A stretch of 64,000 nt of DNA from Eledone cirrhosa (taxonomy: Eukaryota), in NCBI GenBank assembly GCA_964016885.1, contig OZ024744.1, positions 93,372,001 through 93,436,000 on the forward strand, in the 5' to 3' direction. Position 1 is the first letter of the stretch. The number at the start of each line of letters is the position of its first letter. The notes under the pieces are model-generated. The model did not search any database. It was not told where the DNA came from and worked only from the letters and a program-made list of their open reading frames with translations. Shown piece by piece: positions 1 through 10,545 of this stretch. Position numbers and translations under genes: made by a program.

Positions 1-63
1 GGTATATAACCCGTAGCTCCAATAATGATGGGTATGAAGCTAAAGGTGTATCTTGGATACTGG
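1..63 (-). mobile_element. Fragment of R4/Dong-like RLE LINE (C-terminal coding part, continues left of window)
   Basis: Near-identical to 3728-3790 and to the reverse complement of 41876-41938 (QYPRYTFSFIPIIIGATGYI region). Confidence 0.85.
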
Positions 64-2417
64 CAACCTATATCAAGTGGAGTGCAGTACTTACCATCAA
101 CTACGACATAATGCTGTAACTAAGGATTACCGTAAAACTAATCGGAGCGTCATCACTGAAATCAACGATGCTGGGTTTAAAATCACCTCTGATCTCAACA
201 TCCTGGACCGGACCGAACCTCTGGACCCTATTTCTCCCCACTTTACCCTGAAGGATCACAAATCCAATTTTCCAAACAACCCCTCTATTCGGCTTATTAA
301 CCCACGAAGTCCGATTTAGGTAGACTTAGTAAAAGGATTCTTGATAGAATTATACCTGAAATTAGAAGTTTGGCACCTCTTGCACTGTGGAACAATTCTT
401 TCGCGGTGATTGATTGGTTCAACGGCATATGTAACAAGGAACATTGCCGTTTTATCCAATTCGACATCAACAATTACTACTCCTCCATCACTTTACCACT
501 TCTCCTTAGAGCTATCAATTTCGCTAAAACACTCACAGTGGTTAAGGATTTCGAAGTTGATGTCATCCTCAATGCCCGTAAGTCGGTGATTAATTTCGAC
601 GACTCTATTTAGATTAAAAAATCCAATAGTACCCCATTCGACGTGAGTATGGGCGCCAGCGATTCTGCGGAGGTTACTGATCTTATCGGCCTTTTCCTTC
701 TTTTCTCTATCAAGAACGAATTCCCCAACGCGGGCGGTGGTTTGTACCATGATGATGCTCTTTTGACCATGACTAAGTGCGGACCTCGTGCTTGCGACAG
801 GTTCAGAAAAGAACTACAGCCTTCTTTAAAGGCTTCAACCTCTCTATACAGGTTGAGGCCAACCTCTCGGTTGTTAATTACCTCGACGTTACCCTCAATT
901 TATCGAATGGGTTGTATTACCCGTATAGAAAGCCGAATGATACGCTTAATTACATAAGTAAGCATTCCAACCATCCTGCCAGCATAACCAAGAACCTGGT
1001 AAGAAACGTTTCGTTGAGGCTTTCCCGTCTATCTACTAACGACCATATTTTCAACGACCATTCCACTTATTACAATGAAGCTCTTGCTCGGAGTGGATTT
1101 GTCGATAAGGTAGCATATTCAGAGTACGAAAATAGACCTAGAAGAAATAGATCCCATCGCATTTGTTGGTATAACCCACCATATAATATGGAGGTGGCCA
1201 CACCATTAGCTAAGATCTTTCTTTCCCTTATTACGAAGCATTTTCCACCTACACATAAATATAGTAAAATTTTTAATAGAAATACCATTAAAATTTCTTA
1301 CTCTACGACTCCTAACCTTGCACATAACATCACAGCTTCTAATTTAACTAAACTACCTAGCCGTAGGAACACGTGCAACCCTGTAGTTAGTACTAACTGT
1401 AATTGTAGGAATCGGGTTGACTGCCCCCTATCCGGGAAATGCCTCTCTAGTAACATTGTCTACAAATGTGAGGTTGAAACACCCACGTCCCATAGGGCCT
1501 ACATAGGGTTAACCGCCAATAGATTCAAGCAGCGTCTTTACATGCATACCCATTCTTTTCGTTACCCTCTAAGAAGGAATATGACGTCACTTTCAGCTTA
1601 TATCTGGAATCTACACACCCAATATAAGTTACACTGGGAGATCCTAGCTAGGGCTAGATCATATAATGGAAATAAAAGACCATGTGACCTCTGCGCCGCT
1701 GAGGCCCTGGAAATACTCTACGCCACAGACCACATCTTAAACAAAAATCTGAGGCAATTTCGGTTTGTAAACATAAATTGCACAAAACTTTCCTGTATTA
1801 CAGCCCCACGTTATCCCCTAACGGATAGTACGATCTATACGTGGAGATTTTACGTCTTGATGTGGTAGCTAAGTATATGTTATGTTTATACCATTACTTA
1901 TTTGCATAGGTAAGTATATATTACCTGTATGTTTTGTGAAGGTACGTATACTTTCTCGTACGTATATTTGATTGTATATGTTATGGCGGATAATTTTATA
2001 TATTCTGGTACATATGGTTTGGTTATGTGTATACGTGAGTTTTGCGTCTGTGTGAGTATGCAGGTTCGTACGTATGTAGGGTGTGTGTATATGTGTACTT
2101 CATGTTTTGGTTGACGTACGTATCCGAACATTTGTGTATTTACATGTAGGTATGTGTGTGCGCTTGTTATATACGTATTTATTTATTTATATACGTTTAT
2201 TTATTTATTTATTTATTTGTATACACGCATACGCACACGCACATATTTATATGTGCGTGGTTTTGTATACCTATGGCAAGTGTTTTCGCGTATGCTTGTG
2301 TATGTACGTATTTGCATGCGTGTATGTATTTATTTAATTTCTATTACCTCTGTATTGTATTTTTTTACTTTATTCTTAACTCTGAAGCGGAGATTCATTC
2401 GGTTTCCTAGTTAGAAT

Positions 2418-2676
2418 TTTAGTCTACGACTTCTGCTATACCATTTATGTGGTTTTGTCTTTGCGTGCTATTGTTCTCCACGCTCCACATATGACGTATT
2501 ATCTTCGTTTTTTCCGTTCATTGCCAGAGAACGTCTCTATGCACCACCTAAGAGAACATTAGTCTACGACCTCTTTTATACCATAAACGTGGTTTTGTCT
2601 TTGCGCGTAATTGTTTTTCACCGCTCCTATTAATGACGTATTATTCGTTTTTTCCCGTCCTTTGCCAGCGAACGTT
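2418..2676 (+). repeat. Diverged ~140 bp direct duplication in the Penelope-like 3' region
   Basis: ttagtctacgac...gtggttttgtctttgcg...tgacgtattat...ttgccag.gaacgt occurs at ~2419-2535 and ~2559-2675. Confidence 0.8.
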
Positions 2677-2765
2677 ACCACGAACCAAAGTATCGTCTTC
2701 CTGTCTTCTTCCGGTTGCAACGTTTTTTGAAATATCCAGTTCTGCGTTTACAGATTGACTTTGTT

Positions 2766-2816
2766 AGTTTCAGAAGATCACGTTAAGGGTGAAAGCAGCG
2801 ATTCTTTGCTTAAACT
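2766..2816 (+). ncRNA. Type I hammerhead-ribozyme-like motif (variant or degenerate core)
   Basis: Stem I agttt(2766-70)/aaact(2812-16); core CAGAAGA (canonical CUGANGA); weak stem II; GAAA at 2791-94; stem III gca/tgc; UH triplet CUU. It lies at the 3' end of a PLE, where hammerheads are expected. Confidence 0.55.
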
Positions 2817-3366
2817 TTAATCTGTTATTTTAATAAATATATATATATATATATAAATAAATAAATATATATATAACTTAATGATGAAAAGTAGCTCTGT
2901 TAGAAATGTAAGCCACAAAAGTGTTCAAAAGAAGTTGATAGTTGAGAACATTCTTAACTCAGCATGGGAGTATAATGTATAAGGTATAATGTATAAAGTA
3001 TAAAGTAAATATATTGTAAACTGAGCTGAAGCTGACTAGTAACACATGGAGAATAGAGTTTATGACATTTACATCACCAGCTAGTAAAATACTAAGTATG
3101 AATCAAAATGGGTCTCATTCTTTATCTTGTTCAACAAAAGCCTTTTTTTAATCTTGTAGTTTGACATTTTTGACAATTGTGTGGGTATTCAAATAAAAAG
3201 ACACATGATTGGATGCTTAATTCAACAATAAGATTTACAATGGTCACCAACAATAGTGACACATATTTTCCTGCCTATGACAACAATTGATATGAACAAA
3301 TCCTGACCCCCTGCTAATAAATTTAATAATTTTTTTGATTTACTAAAATTGTTCTCACATAGCTAG

Positions 3367-3490
3367 GAGGGTCAACTAAAAAGTTCCCAGGCTGACTATG
3401 AACTATGAAGGAGTGATGCTAGAGATGTGAAATCTTGCATGCATTCATTTCAACTCTTGGTCAGCCTATGAAGTTCTCAGTCAACCCTCA
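3367..3490. mobile_element. Tc1/mariner-type MITE, short copy
   Basis: Terminal inverted repeats gagggtcaactaaaaagttcccaggctgac / gtcagcctatgaagttctcagtcaaccctc. Internal gtgaaatcttgcatgcatt..tttcaactctt is shared with the copies at 6157 and 28408. Confidence 0.65.
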
Positions 3491-3510
3491 TATCTATGTA
3501 TGTATGTATG

Positions 3511-5050
3511 TTATCTCTTTCTCTTAATTTCGAGTATATTTTTTTGACTGGCCACCTTCCTGGTGGCAAGGTTGTAAAAGAAAAGAAATTGTCATTCCTT
3601 GAATCGCAAGAATGTTTTGCAAATTTTGAAGGTGCCAGCTATTGCAACCATTTGTAGACTATGAATTAGGGAGCTGCGCTCTTTGTCCGCAAATCCAAGT
3701 TCAGTCATGCTTTGGTCCAAGCGGGTTGGTATATAACCTGTAGCTCCAATAATGATGGATACGAAGCTAAAGGTGTATCTTGGATATTGGATTTGTAAAC
3801 TCCTCATCAATGGTCCATAGATGTCCTCCTTCTCCTGTATTTTTCTGACTTCATTTACATCAAGTGGGCAGCTGATCTCCACATCAGAACACGTTTTCAA
3901 TGTGTGGTCCCAAACAACAATATCAGGCCGGTTGTGCTTTAATTTGGTGGCAGTTTTTATTTTCAGGTTCCACCAGTATTCCTTAGTGCCATCTGTCTCA
4001 ATATATTCTTCCTCGTTTGTTGTTAATTTTGTTTTCCAAAGTGCGTTCCAGATGGTTCTAGCTATCCTATCGTGTCTCATGGGGAGGTAGTAGTGAGATG
4101 ACATTCTTTCGCAGCTGGCAACAATGTGGCTTACATCCTCGATCTTTGTTTTACATAGCCTACATTTATTGTCAGCTGATGGCCCTCCCCTTTTGTGCAG
4201 CAGATATTTGGTAGGGAGTTCTTGTTCCTGTATTGCATAGAGATATCCCTCAAGGTGTGATGTCATAAACTTGTCGGAACTCCATGTCAGGATTTTTTAG
4301 TGGTTTATCCCCTCTATGGTCTGTGTTTTACGCCTCAAGTATCCATGCACAACTTTTTCTGTAAATTGGTCAATTTTTTCAGCTTGTTTGAACATTGAAT
4401 AGGATCTTCTGATTTCTCTGGGTGAGAGATTTATATCAGGCTTTATTCCATATCTCTCCTCCAGATCAGTGGCTATTCTAATGATATTTTTTTTTTCATG
4501 CTCATAAACCTGGGTAAGATGGTTGCCAACCTTTTTCCTCTGTTGAAAATGTTGCTTCAGTGTTACTATCCGGGTCTCATATGATGTTAATATGGATTTT
4601 AGACCCCAGCCACCTTCCTTGCGTGAGAAGTATAGCCTATCTACATCACCATTGATGTTAAAGTTCCCAGCAACACTGAGAAGTTTGCGAGTTCTAACAT
4701 CCATCTCACTTAGTTCTTGCAATGACCAGTTCAGCAGGCCAAATGTTGGCGTTAGAATTGGCACAGCATAAGTATTGTGGGCAATGTATTTGTTGTACGC
4801 TGACAATTCTGATGACCATGTTTTCTTTACTCTTCTGAGGTATTCAGTTCTGGTTCTCTCCTTATTTATGGGTCCATCATATCTGACATTCTCATCCTGT
4901 CCAAGATATCTGTAGTTGTCACCAGACTGTAGTTGTCACAGCTCTTCAACGTTTTACTGCCAAATATGCACACTTGGACTCACCAAATTTCATTTTGATG
5001 TCTGTTGAAAATTGTGTAATGAGGTCCAATTGTTTCTTGATGTCATTGAT
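3511..5050 (-). mobile_element. 5'-truncated R4/Dong-like non-LTR retrotransposon (RT C-terminus, CCHC knuckle, restriction-like endonuclease, 3' UTR)
   Basis: Motifs include MKFGESKC, YRYLG, RLYFSRKEGGWGL, AIQEQEL, CRLC..E..SHIVASC, RHD, HNRPDIVVWD and VEISCP. There is an in-frame stop at 4297-4299 and a frameshift near 4930. (TATG)n lies at both ends (3496-3510 and about 5053-5121). Confidence 0.88.
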
Positions 5051-5070
5051 ATTTATGTATTTATGTATTG

Positions 5071-5101
<31 letters not shown>

Positions 5102-5408
5102 TGTATGTATGTATGTATGTATATATGTCGGGTCATTCTTGAGTGCTACTGGTAACATGTAACCCAATACAACCTGTCACATGGTTGGGTCGTCGGCAAC
5201 TAAACCGGCAACCCCACCAAGTTTACTTGGTGAGGAGGGCAATTACGAGCACCCTGCAGGACAAAAAACAAAACCTGACAAAGAGCGGAAGAACTCATAA
5301 GAGTCAACAGCCATCCAAAAATGTGTAAATATCTATATACGTGTGTATACAGCGGAGGACGCATTTCGCACCTTTCCGACAGACAACCTTTCCCCCACCG
5401 GAAAAAAA

Positions 5409-5444
5409 CCCCAGTTGATGGATGTGAATCCGAAATATATAGGG
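5409..5444 (+). ncRNA. Minimal type I hammerhead-like motif (degenerate core CAGUUGA)
   Basis: ccc-CAGTTGA-t-ggat(gtga)atcc-GAAA-tata-TA-ggg. Stem I ccc/ggg, stem II ggat/atcc and a palindromic ATATAT stem III match the layout of PLE-type minimal hammerheads. The core has two substitutions. Confidence 0.5.
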
Positions 5445-5739
5445 ACAATTAAATCTCTCCCAAGGTAACTCTCTCTCGTGTTGTTATTTTTATTTTATCC
5501 TTTATACTCTTTCCTTCATTCCTCTACACGTCTTATACACGCCACGCATCTCAACGTACACCCACTTACATCTCTCTCTCCACCACCGGATCTTGTTACC
5601 CGGAGATTTACCCATTTGCATTGTCGAGGCTTCCAAACGACTTAAAGATATTTACCTATTATTCCACAATGCTTCAAGCAAACTTCAATACTCTCATATG
5701 TATATATGTATATACATGTGTACATGTGCATATATATGT

Positions 5740-6092
5740 GCTGGGAGATAGAAATAATCGGGATGGATACCCAATCGCATGGTTAAACCAGTGGGAGTGA
5801 AGGATCCCCTAGCCTTTGTCAGGGCATTCTTCTAGGAGAAGGCAACTCAGGAAACTGGGATAACTCCAACATAAAACCTGCGGCTCAGTAGTTACCGATG
5901 GTGTTGATCTTTTCTTCTTTTTGGCTTATAGCTACTGTCGCTCAGAGAGTGGGATTGGCTCAGTGCACAATTTTTCCTCACTTGAAAAAAAATCTTCATG
6001 CACAAGCATTGCACAATATCATTAATTGATAATTATTAATAATGTTATATTGTGCAATGGCTATACTTGATAACGAAGGGGCAGCTATCATG
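5740..6092 (+). mobile_element. Bipartite non-autonomous RTE derivative (5' UTR head + 3' terminus) followed by a (TATG)-like tail
   Basis: Contains ctaggagaaggcaactc...aaaacctg and ctcagagagtgggattgg...cactt.aaaaa..cttca.gcaca.gca, shared with the RTE 5' UTR at 14940-15100. It ends in tattgtgcaatggctatacttgataacgaaggggcagctatcatg, matching the RTE 3' terminus at 36168-36214. Confidence 0.75.
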
Positions 6093-6156
6093 CATATATA
6101 TGTATGTATATGTGAATGTATGTATGTATTTATGTATGTATATGTGTGTATGTATG

Positions 6157-6505
6157 TACGGGTGTGGGCTGAAACGTTTACAGGCTGATGATGAAAGAGT
6201 GATGATAGAGCTGTGAAATCTTGCATACATTAATTTCAACTCTTCTTATTAATAACTGTATTGTTTTCTTTATAAGGACTATGTTGAAAAATAAACTTTA
6301 TTTGGTCATTACATGAGAGTATCTTGGTCAACCTATGAAGGAATAATGCTAGAGCTGTGAAATCCTGCATACATTAATTTCAACACTTCTTATTAATAAC
6401 TTCATTGTTTTTTTTTCAAAGGAGGGAATATGTTGAAAAATAAACCTCATTTGGCTATTCCATGAGAGTATCTTGGTCAGTTTATGAACTTTACAGCTGA
6501 CCCTG
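6157..6505. mobile_element. Tc1/mariner-type MITE with internal duplication
   Basis: tacgggtgtgggctgaaacgtttacaggctga at the left end and gtcagtttatgaactttacagctgaccct at the right end. The internal ~140 bp is duplicated (6208-6340, 6351-6487). Confidence 0.65.
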
Positions 6506-6734
6506 GCATGTGAGTATGCTGAGTGCAATCCTGAGAACTTGCCATTCCACGAGCACTGGATGACAGAGTCGGTCGGATGGAAAAGGTGAGACATGGTGAT
6601 CCATGTAACCAGCACTCCAAGATGATGGAAATTATAAATTATTTCATTACTACGTAAGATAGTAACTATTCATTAAAGTATAAAAGAACAACAGTTGTGA
6701 AGTTGTTGGTACTATCAATTAATACATACACGAG

Positions 6735-7180
6735 GTGCATGGCTTAGTGGTTAGAGCATTGGCCTTGCAATCAAAAGGTTGTGAGTCCAATTCTCAGACC
6801 GGGTGATGTGTTGTTTCCTTGAGCAAGACACTTTATTTCACACTGCTCCAGTTTACTCAGCTGTAGAAATGAGATGATAGGATTGGGGTCCCTATCATTC
6901 CCCTTTAAAGTGGTCGTGGAGGTGCCATGGCAAAAAAGCACCCAGTCCACACTGTAAAGTGGACGTGTAGGCGCCACGGCAAAAAAAAAGCAGCCAGCAC
7001 TCACTGTAAATGGGGTTGGTGTTAGGAAGGGCATCCAGCTGTAGAAATCAAGCCAGAATCAGTTCCCGTATGAGCAAGACATGGTCACCTGACCTGGCAT
7101 TGCCCACAACAGGACAACCCGTCTAACCCATGCTAGCGTGGAAGAATGGACGTAAAACGGTGATGATGATGATGATGACG
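6735..7180 (+). mobile_element. tRNA-derived SINE with CORE-like centre, ~48 bp internal repeats and RTE-derived 3' tail ending (GAT)n
   Basis: A-box tggcttagtgg, B-box-like gagtccaattc and CORE-like ccttgagcaagacactt. The 3' end cccatgctagcgtggaagaatggacgtaaaacg(gat)n is shared with the LINE fragment at 17679-18317. Confidence 0.75.
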
Positions 7181-7381
7181 AGTGTGCTTCCGTGAAACAT
7201 ACACACACACATAAAAGGTCTCATCACAAAATAACCAAACTCCTACTGTCTCTCTCGCTCTCCCCATCTCTCACTATTATGAACAAATGGGGGACAGAAG
7301 GCATTTCCCTAGAGGATGGTGTAATATATTGTTTTTATATAAAATTATGTTGGAAGATTTGGATTTAAATAAGAAACCTCA

Positions 7382-7660
7382 CATGGCCTTGTGGTAAGGG
7401 TGTTGAACTTACAATCATAATATCGTGGGTACAATTCCTGGGCTAGGTTGTGTGTTGTATTCTTGAGCAAAACATTTCATTTCGTATTGCTCCAGTAAAT
7501 TCAGCTGAAAATGAGTACAAGCAATAGCTGGGGATTTAATCCTGTGATGGACTGGTGTCCTGTCCAGAGGGAATCTTGAACTCTCAGTCGCTTCATACTA
7601 CAGAAACTGGGATAAGCAGCAGCCAGATAAGCCTCCATATTGGGTTTGAGACAGACTTAG
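7382..7660 (+). mobile_element. tRNA-derived SINE (same head, different 3' part)
   Basis: catggccttgtggtaagg...tcttgagcaaaacatttcatttc...ctccagt...cagctgaaaatgagt is homologous to the head at 6737-6873. Confidence 0.65.
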
Positions 7661-7729
7661 ACCTTTAAGATTGGTGGATTTTGTTTAAAAGAACCAGAAC
7701 TGATTTTGTCTGAGTTGATAACCCTTTAA

Positions 7730-7947
7730 CCCTTTAGTATTTACATTATTCTATATTTACTAATATATTTTCGAGGTAAAGGTTTTACCTCACATAATTA
7801 TCTCACCTAATATCGAATCTATGAAATTTTGATATTTATTTCGAGAACAATACTTTAACATCAGTATGAACGACTGGCATTTGCCGGTTTGAATAGAGAG
7901 AGATGAGAGAATTCTGGCTGGATATGGCCAGTTTAAATACTAAAGTG
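7730..7947 (-). mobile_element. piggyBac-type (TTAA) MITE, inverted relative to the other copies
   Basis: TTAA|CCCTTTAG...CTAAAGTG|TTAA. It is the reverse complement of the copies at 8741 and 44363. Confidence 0.85.
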
Positions 7948-8089
7948 TTAAGATTGGTGGATTTTTTTTAATAGTACCAGAGCTAATTTTGCCTAGGTTG
8001 ATGAAAAGGTTTAATTATATTTATTACAAAAAATAAACCTTAAATCATCTTTCTTAACATCTTTCTTAACATATATAATCCTTTATCAC

Positions 8090-8296
8090 TTCAACCGGCT
8101 ATATCCGGTCAGAACTCTCACTTCTTTCTGTTCAAACTGGCTGTAACCAGCCACTCAAACTGATGTTAAGGTATTGTTCTCAAAATAAATAGCATTAAAA
8201 TCTCATAGATTCAATATCATGTGAGATATTATGTCAGGTAAAGCTTTTACTGCGAAAATACAATAGTATATATAGAGTAATGTAAATGCTAAAGGG
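8090..8296 (+). mobile_element. piggyBac-type MITE lacking the left TIR
   Basis: Body matches 8741-8961 and ends gtaaatgctaaaggg. Confidence 0.8.
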
Positions 8297-8346
8297 ATAA
8301 AGGAAAACAAATTTTAAAAATTCTAAAGTGTGAAAGCAATACATAC

Positions 8347-8583
8347 CCCTAAATTTAGACCATCAGCAAATACTTGTGGAATTGTTATATCGGTTTTGCC
8401 GAGTCTTTCGCGTAGTTCTCTTTGATTTTCTCTGCTCATAAATAGATCCCTCTCCTCATATTTCACTAAATGGGTCTGTAAAATTTTTTGTACTATCTGG
8501 CACCGGTCATATGTCCGTCTCACAACTCTCATGCTTGTCATGTAGACAATAATTTTACCCTTTTCACATTTGAGGTAATTCCA
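8347..8583 (-). CDS. Internal coding exon of glutaredoxin domain-containing cysteine-rich protein (GRXCR1/CG31559-like), glutaredoxin-like domain
   Basis: tttcag| acceptor and |gtatgt donor bound 237 nt, phase 0/0, encoding WNYLKCEKGKIIVYMTSMRVVRRTYDRCQIVQKILQTHLVKYEERDLFMSRENQRELRERLGKTDITIPQVFADGLNLG. This matches the GRXCR pattern (V.YTTS..VVR.T..RC, ERD..M, PQVF..G..LG). The Cys-rich C-terminal exon(s) were not seen in the window. Confidence 0.9.
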
Positions 8584-8740
8584 CTGAAACGAGAACACAA
8601 AAATCTGATGAGAAATGTTAAATAAAAAAAAAGGGTATATATGTTTTTTAGATGATATATCAATCAAAACATAAAATTTTCCTTTTCAATACAAGATTAT
8701 AAAGGGATATTTATGTAAATAACAAAAATATATCAGTTAA

Positions 8741-8961
8741 CCCTTTAGCATTTAAACCAGCCGAATACAGCCAAAATTCTCTCACCTCTTTCTGTTCAAA
8801 TCGGCTGTAGCTGGCCATTCATACTGATGTTAAGGTATTGTTCTTAAAATAAATAATATCAAAATCTCATAGATTCGATATTATGTGAGAATATTATGTG
8901 AGGTAAAGCCTTTACTGTGAAAATACAATAGTAAATATAGAGTAATGTAAATGCTGAAGGT
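8741..8961 (+). mobile_element. piggyBac-type (TTAA) MITE
   Basis: TTAA|ccctttagcattta ... taaatgctgaaggt|TTAA. Confidence 0.85.
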
Positions 8962-9339
8962 TTAAGAAAGTATTGTTTGCTTGAAGCATTATGTAAAATG
9001 TAGAAAATAATGTTTTGTTTGAAGGTTACCACGATGTAAATTGCACAGTAAATGTTAAAAAATATGATAACAAAGCTGGTGGGATGTTTATCAAATGAAG
9101 GTGGTCAGATTTTTTTCATTTAACATCCGTATGTTAAATACATATATGATGGCTGCAAACTCACGCTAAGAGTATTGCAATTGTTTGTCAAATTCACATG
9201 TGTGACCCTCGGATATGGCTTTTGAAGCCTGCTAGAGATTTGCACTCCTTTGTACATTGATGACAACTATGGATCTCCTTGGCATTAGGTCTTGCATCAT
9301 ACATACATATATACATATATATATACATACGTACATACA

Positions 9340-9862
9340 TCATCGTGGTACTATCTACCTATGAGGCATGATGTACTGGTCAAAACACTGTACAATGCGA
9401 TCTGTAGAAAAGATAGCCCTGATAATAAACACATTAAAAGCTACAGCAATGTGGAAGACATACATATACATAATATAAAAGAGTACTTGTGGAATGTTCC
9501 AGTAAAAACCCCAATAAAATGCAGGCATAACAGACCAGATATTATGGGACAGGGAAAAGAAGCCATGCACAGTAGTGGAAGTTAGCTGCCCAGCAGATGC
9601 CAATATAATATCAAAGATTAGTGAAAAGGAGAATATTTATGCAGAACTGATGAGAAATCTGCAGATACTCCACCCTGATTACACCTTCAGATTTATGTCT
9701 GTGATTATTGGGGCACTGGGTATGTTAGTAACTGCCTCAATACAAATCTTGAGAAGTAGGCTTCACAGGAACAGAAAGAACACAACTAGTTAGGAAATTA
9801 CAAGTACAATCCATTAATGGAACAGTAAAAATATGTAAAACATTCCAAAAATTTTGCATCTA
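9340..9862 (+). mobile_element. Older R4/Dong-like RLE LINE 3' fragment
   Basis: YYLPMRHD, WNVPVKTPIKCRHNRPDI, VEVSCPAD and GTVKICKTF, with frameshifts. Preceded by catac-type repeats. Confidence 0.8.
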
Positions 9863-10085
9863 ATAACTGCATATACAAATGTACAGATACAAAGCATATA
9901 CACATGCACACATACAACTCAAAACATACACATCCACACATACAATAACATCCATATCTACACATGCATACATATCTACCTAGTTGATGTTGTGTAAATT
10001 CCAATGAGAGAGTCTTGTGTCTGTGTTAGAAACCGACTCTCTCTCTCTATTGGTAAAACTTTGTGAAATTATAAAACCAGAAGAA

Positions 10086-10442
10086 CATACATACATACAC
10101 ATACATATACATACATACATAGACACATACATACATATATATATACATATATACATACATAGACACACACATACATACATACATACATACATACATACAT
10201 ACATAGATACATACATACATACATATATACATATATAACTATATACATACATACATGCATACATATATACATACATATATACACACCCATACTCACACAT
10301 ACATACATATTTACACACATACATGCCTACCCTCATCCCACCCACACATATACACATATACTCATGCACATACAGCACACACGTGTACACGCCCCTCCCA
10401 CTCCCACACACCCACAACAACACACCATTACCTAACCACCTT

Positions 10443-10473
<31 letters not shown>

Positions 10474-10545
10474 ACACAGACACATACACACACACACACA
10501 CCTGCACACACACACACACACACACACACCTGCACACACACACAT
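10086..10545. repeat. (CATA)n/(CA)n compound microsatellite
   Basis: Direct reading. Confidence 0.9.

Larger units (their letters stand above)
64..2837 (+). mobile_element. Penelope-like retroelement (Naiad-type), RT + GIY-YIG, disrupted by stops/frameshifts, with 3' region
   Basis: Successive ORF pieces give PLE RT motifs (HFTLKDHK, IRLINP, FIQFDINNYY, MGASDSAE, GLYHDD, YLDVTLNL, YRKPN, SNHP). These are followed by the CNCx5C linker, YIGLTANRFKQR and CDLC, then a frameshifted NKxSE..CKH end. The 3' region ends in a hammerhead-like motif and AATAAA before (TA)n. Confidence 0.9.

Noticed and set aside
1390-2700. Selenoprotein (UGA/SECIS) Naiad
   Set aside because: The conserved Cys positions I read use TGT/TGC in both PLEs. 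The ATGAC motifs in the 3' duplication lack the apical AA and the paired GA of a SECIS.
6735-6810. tRNA genes at SINE heads (also 7382, 30344)
   Set aside because: Only A/B-box remnants continuing into SINE bodies, with no complete cloverleaf.
8584-8667. N-terminal extension of ORF 8323-8667 as a standalone gene
   Set aside because: This is intronic polypyrimidine and acceptor sequence. Homology is confined to 8347-8583.
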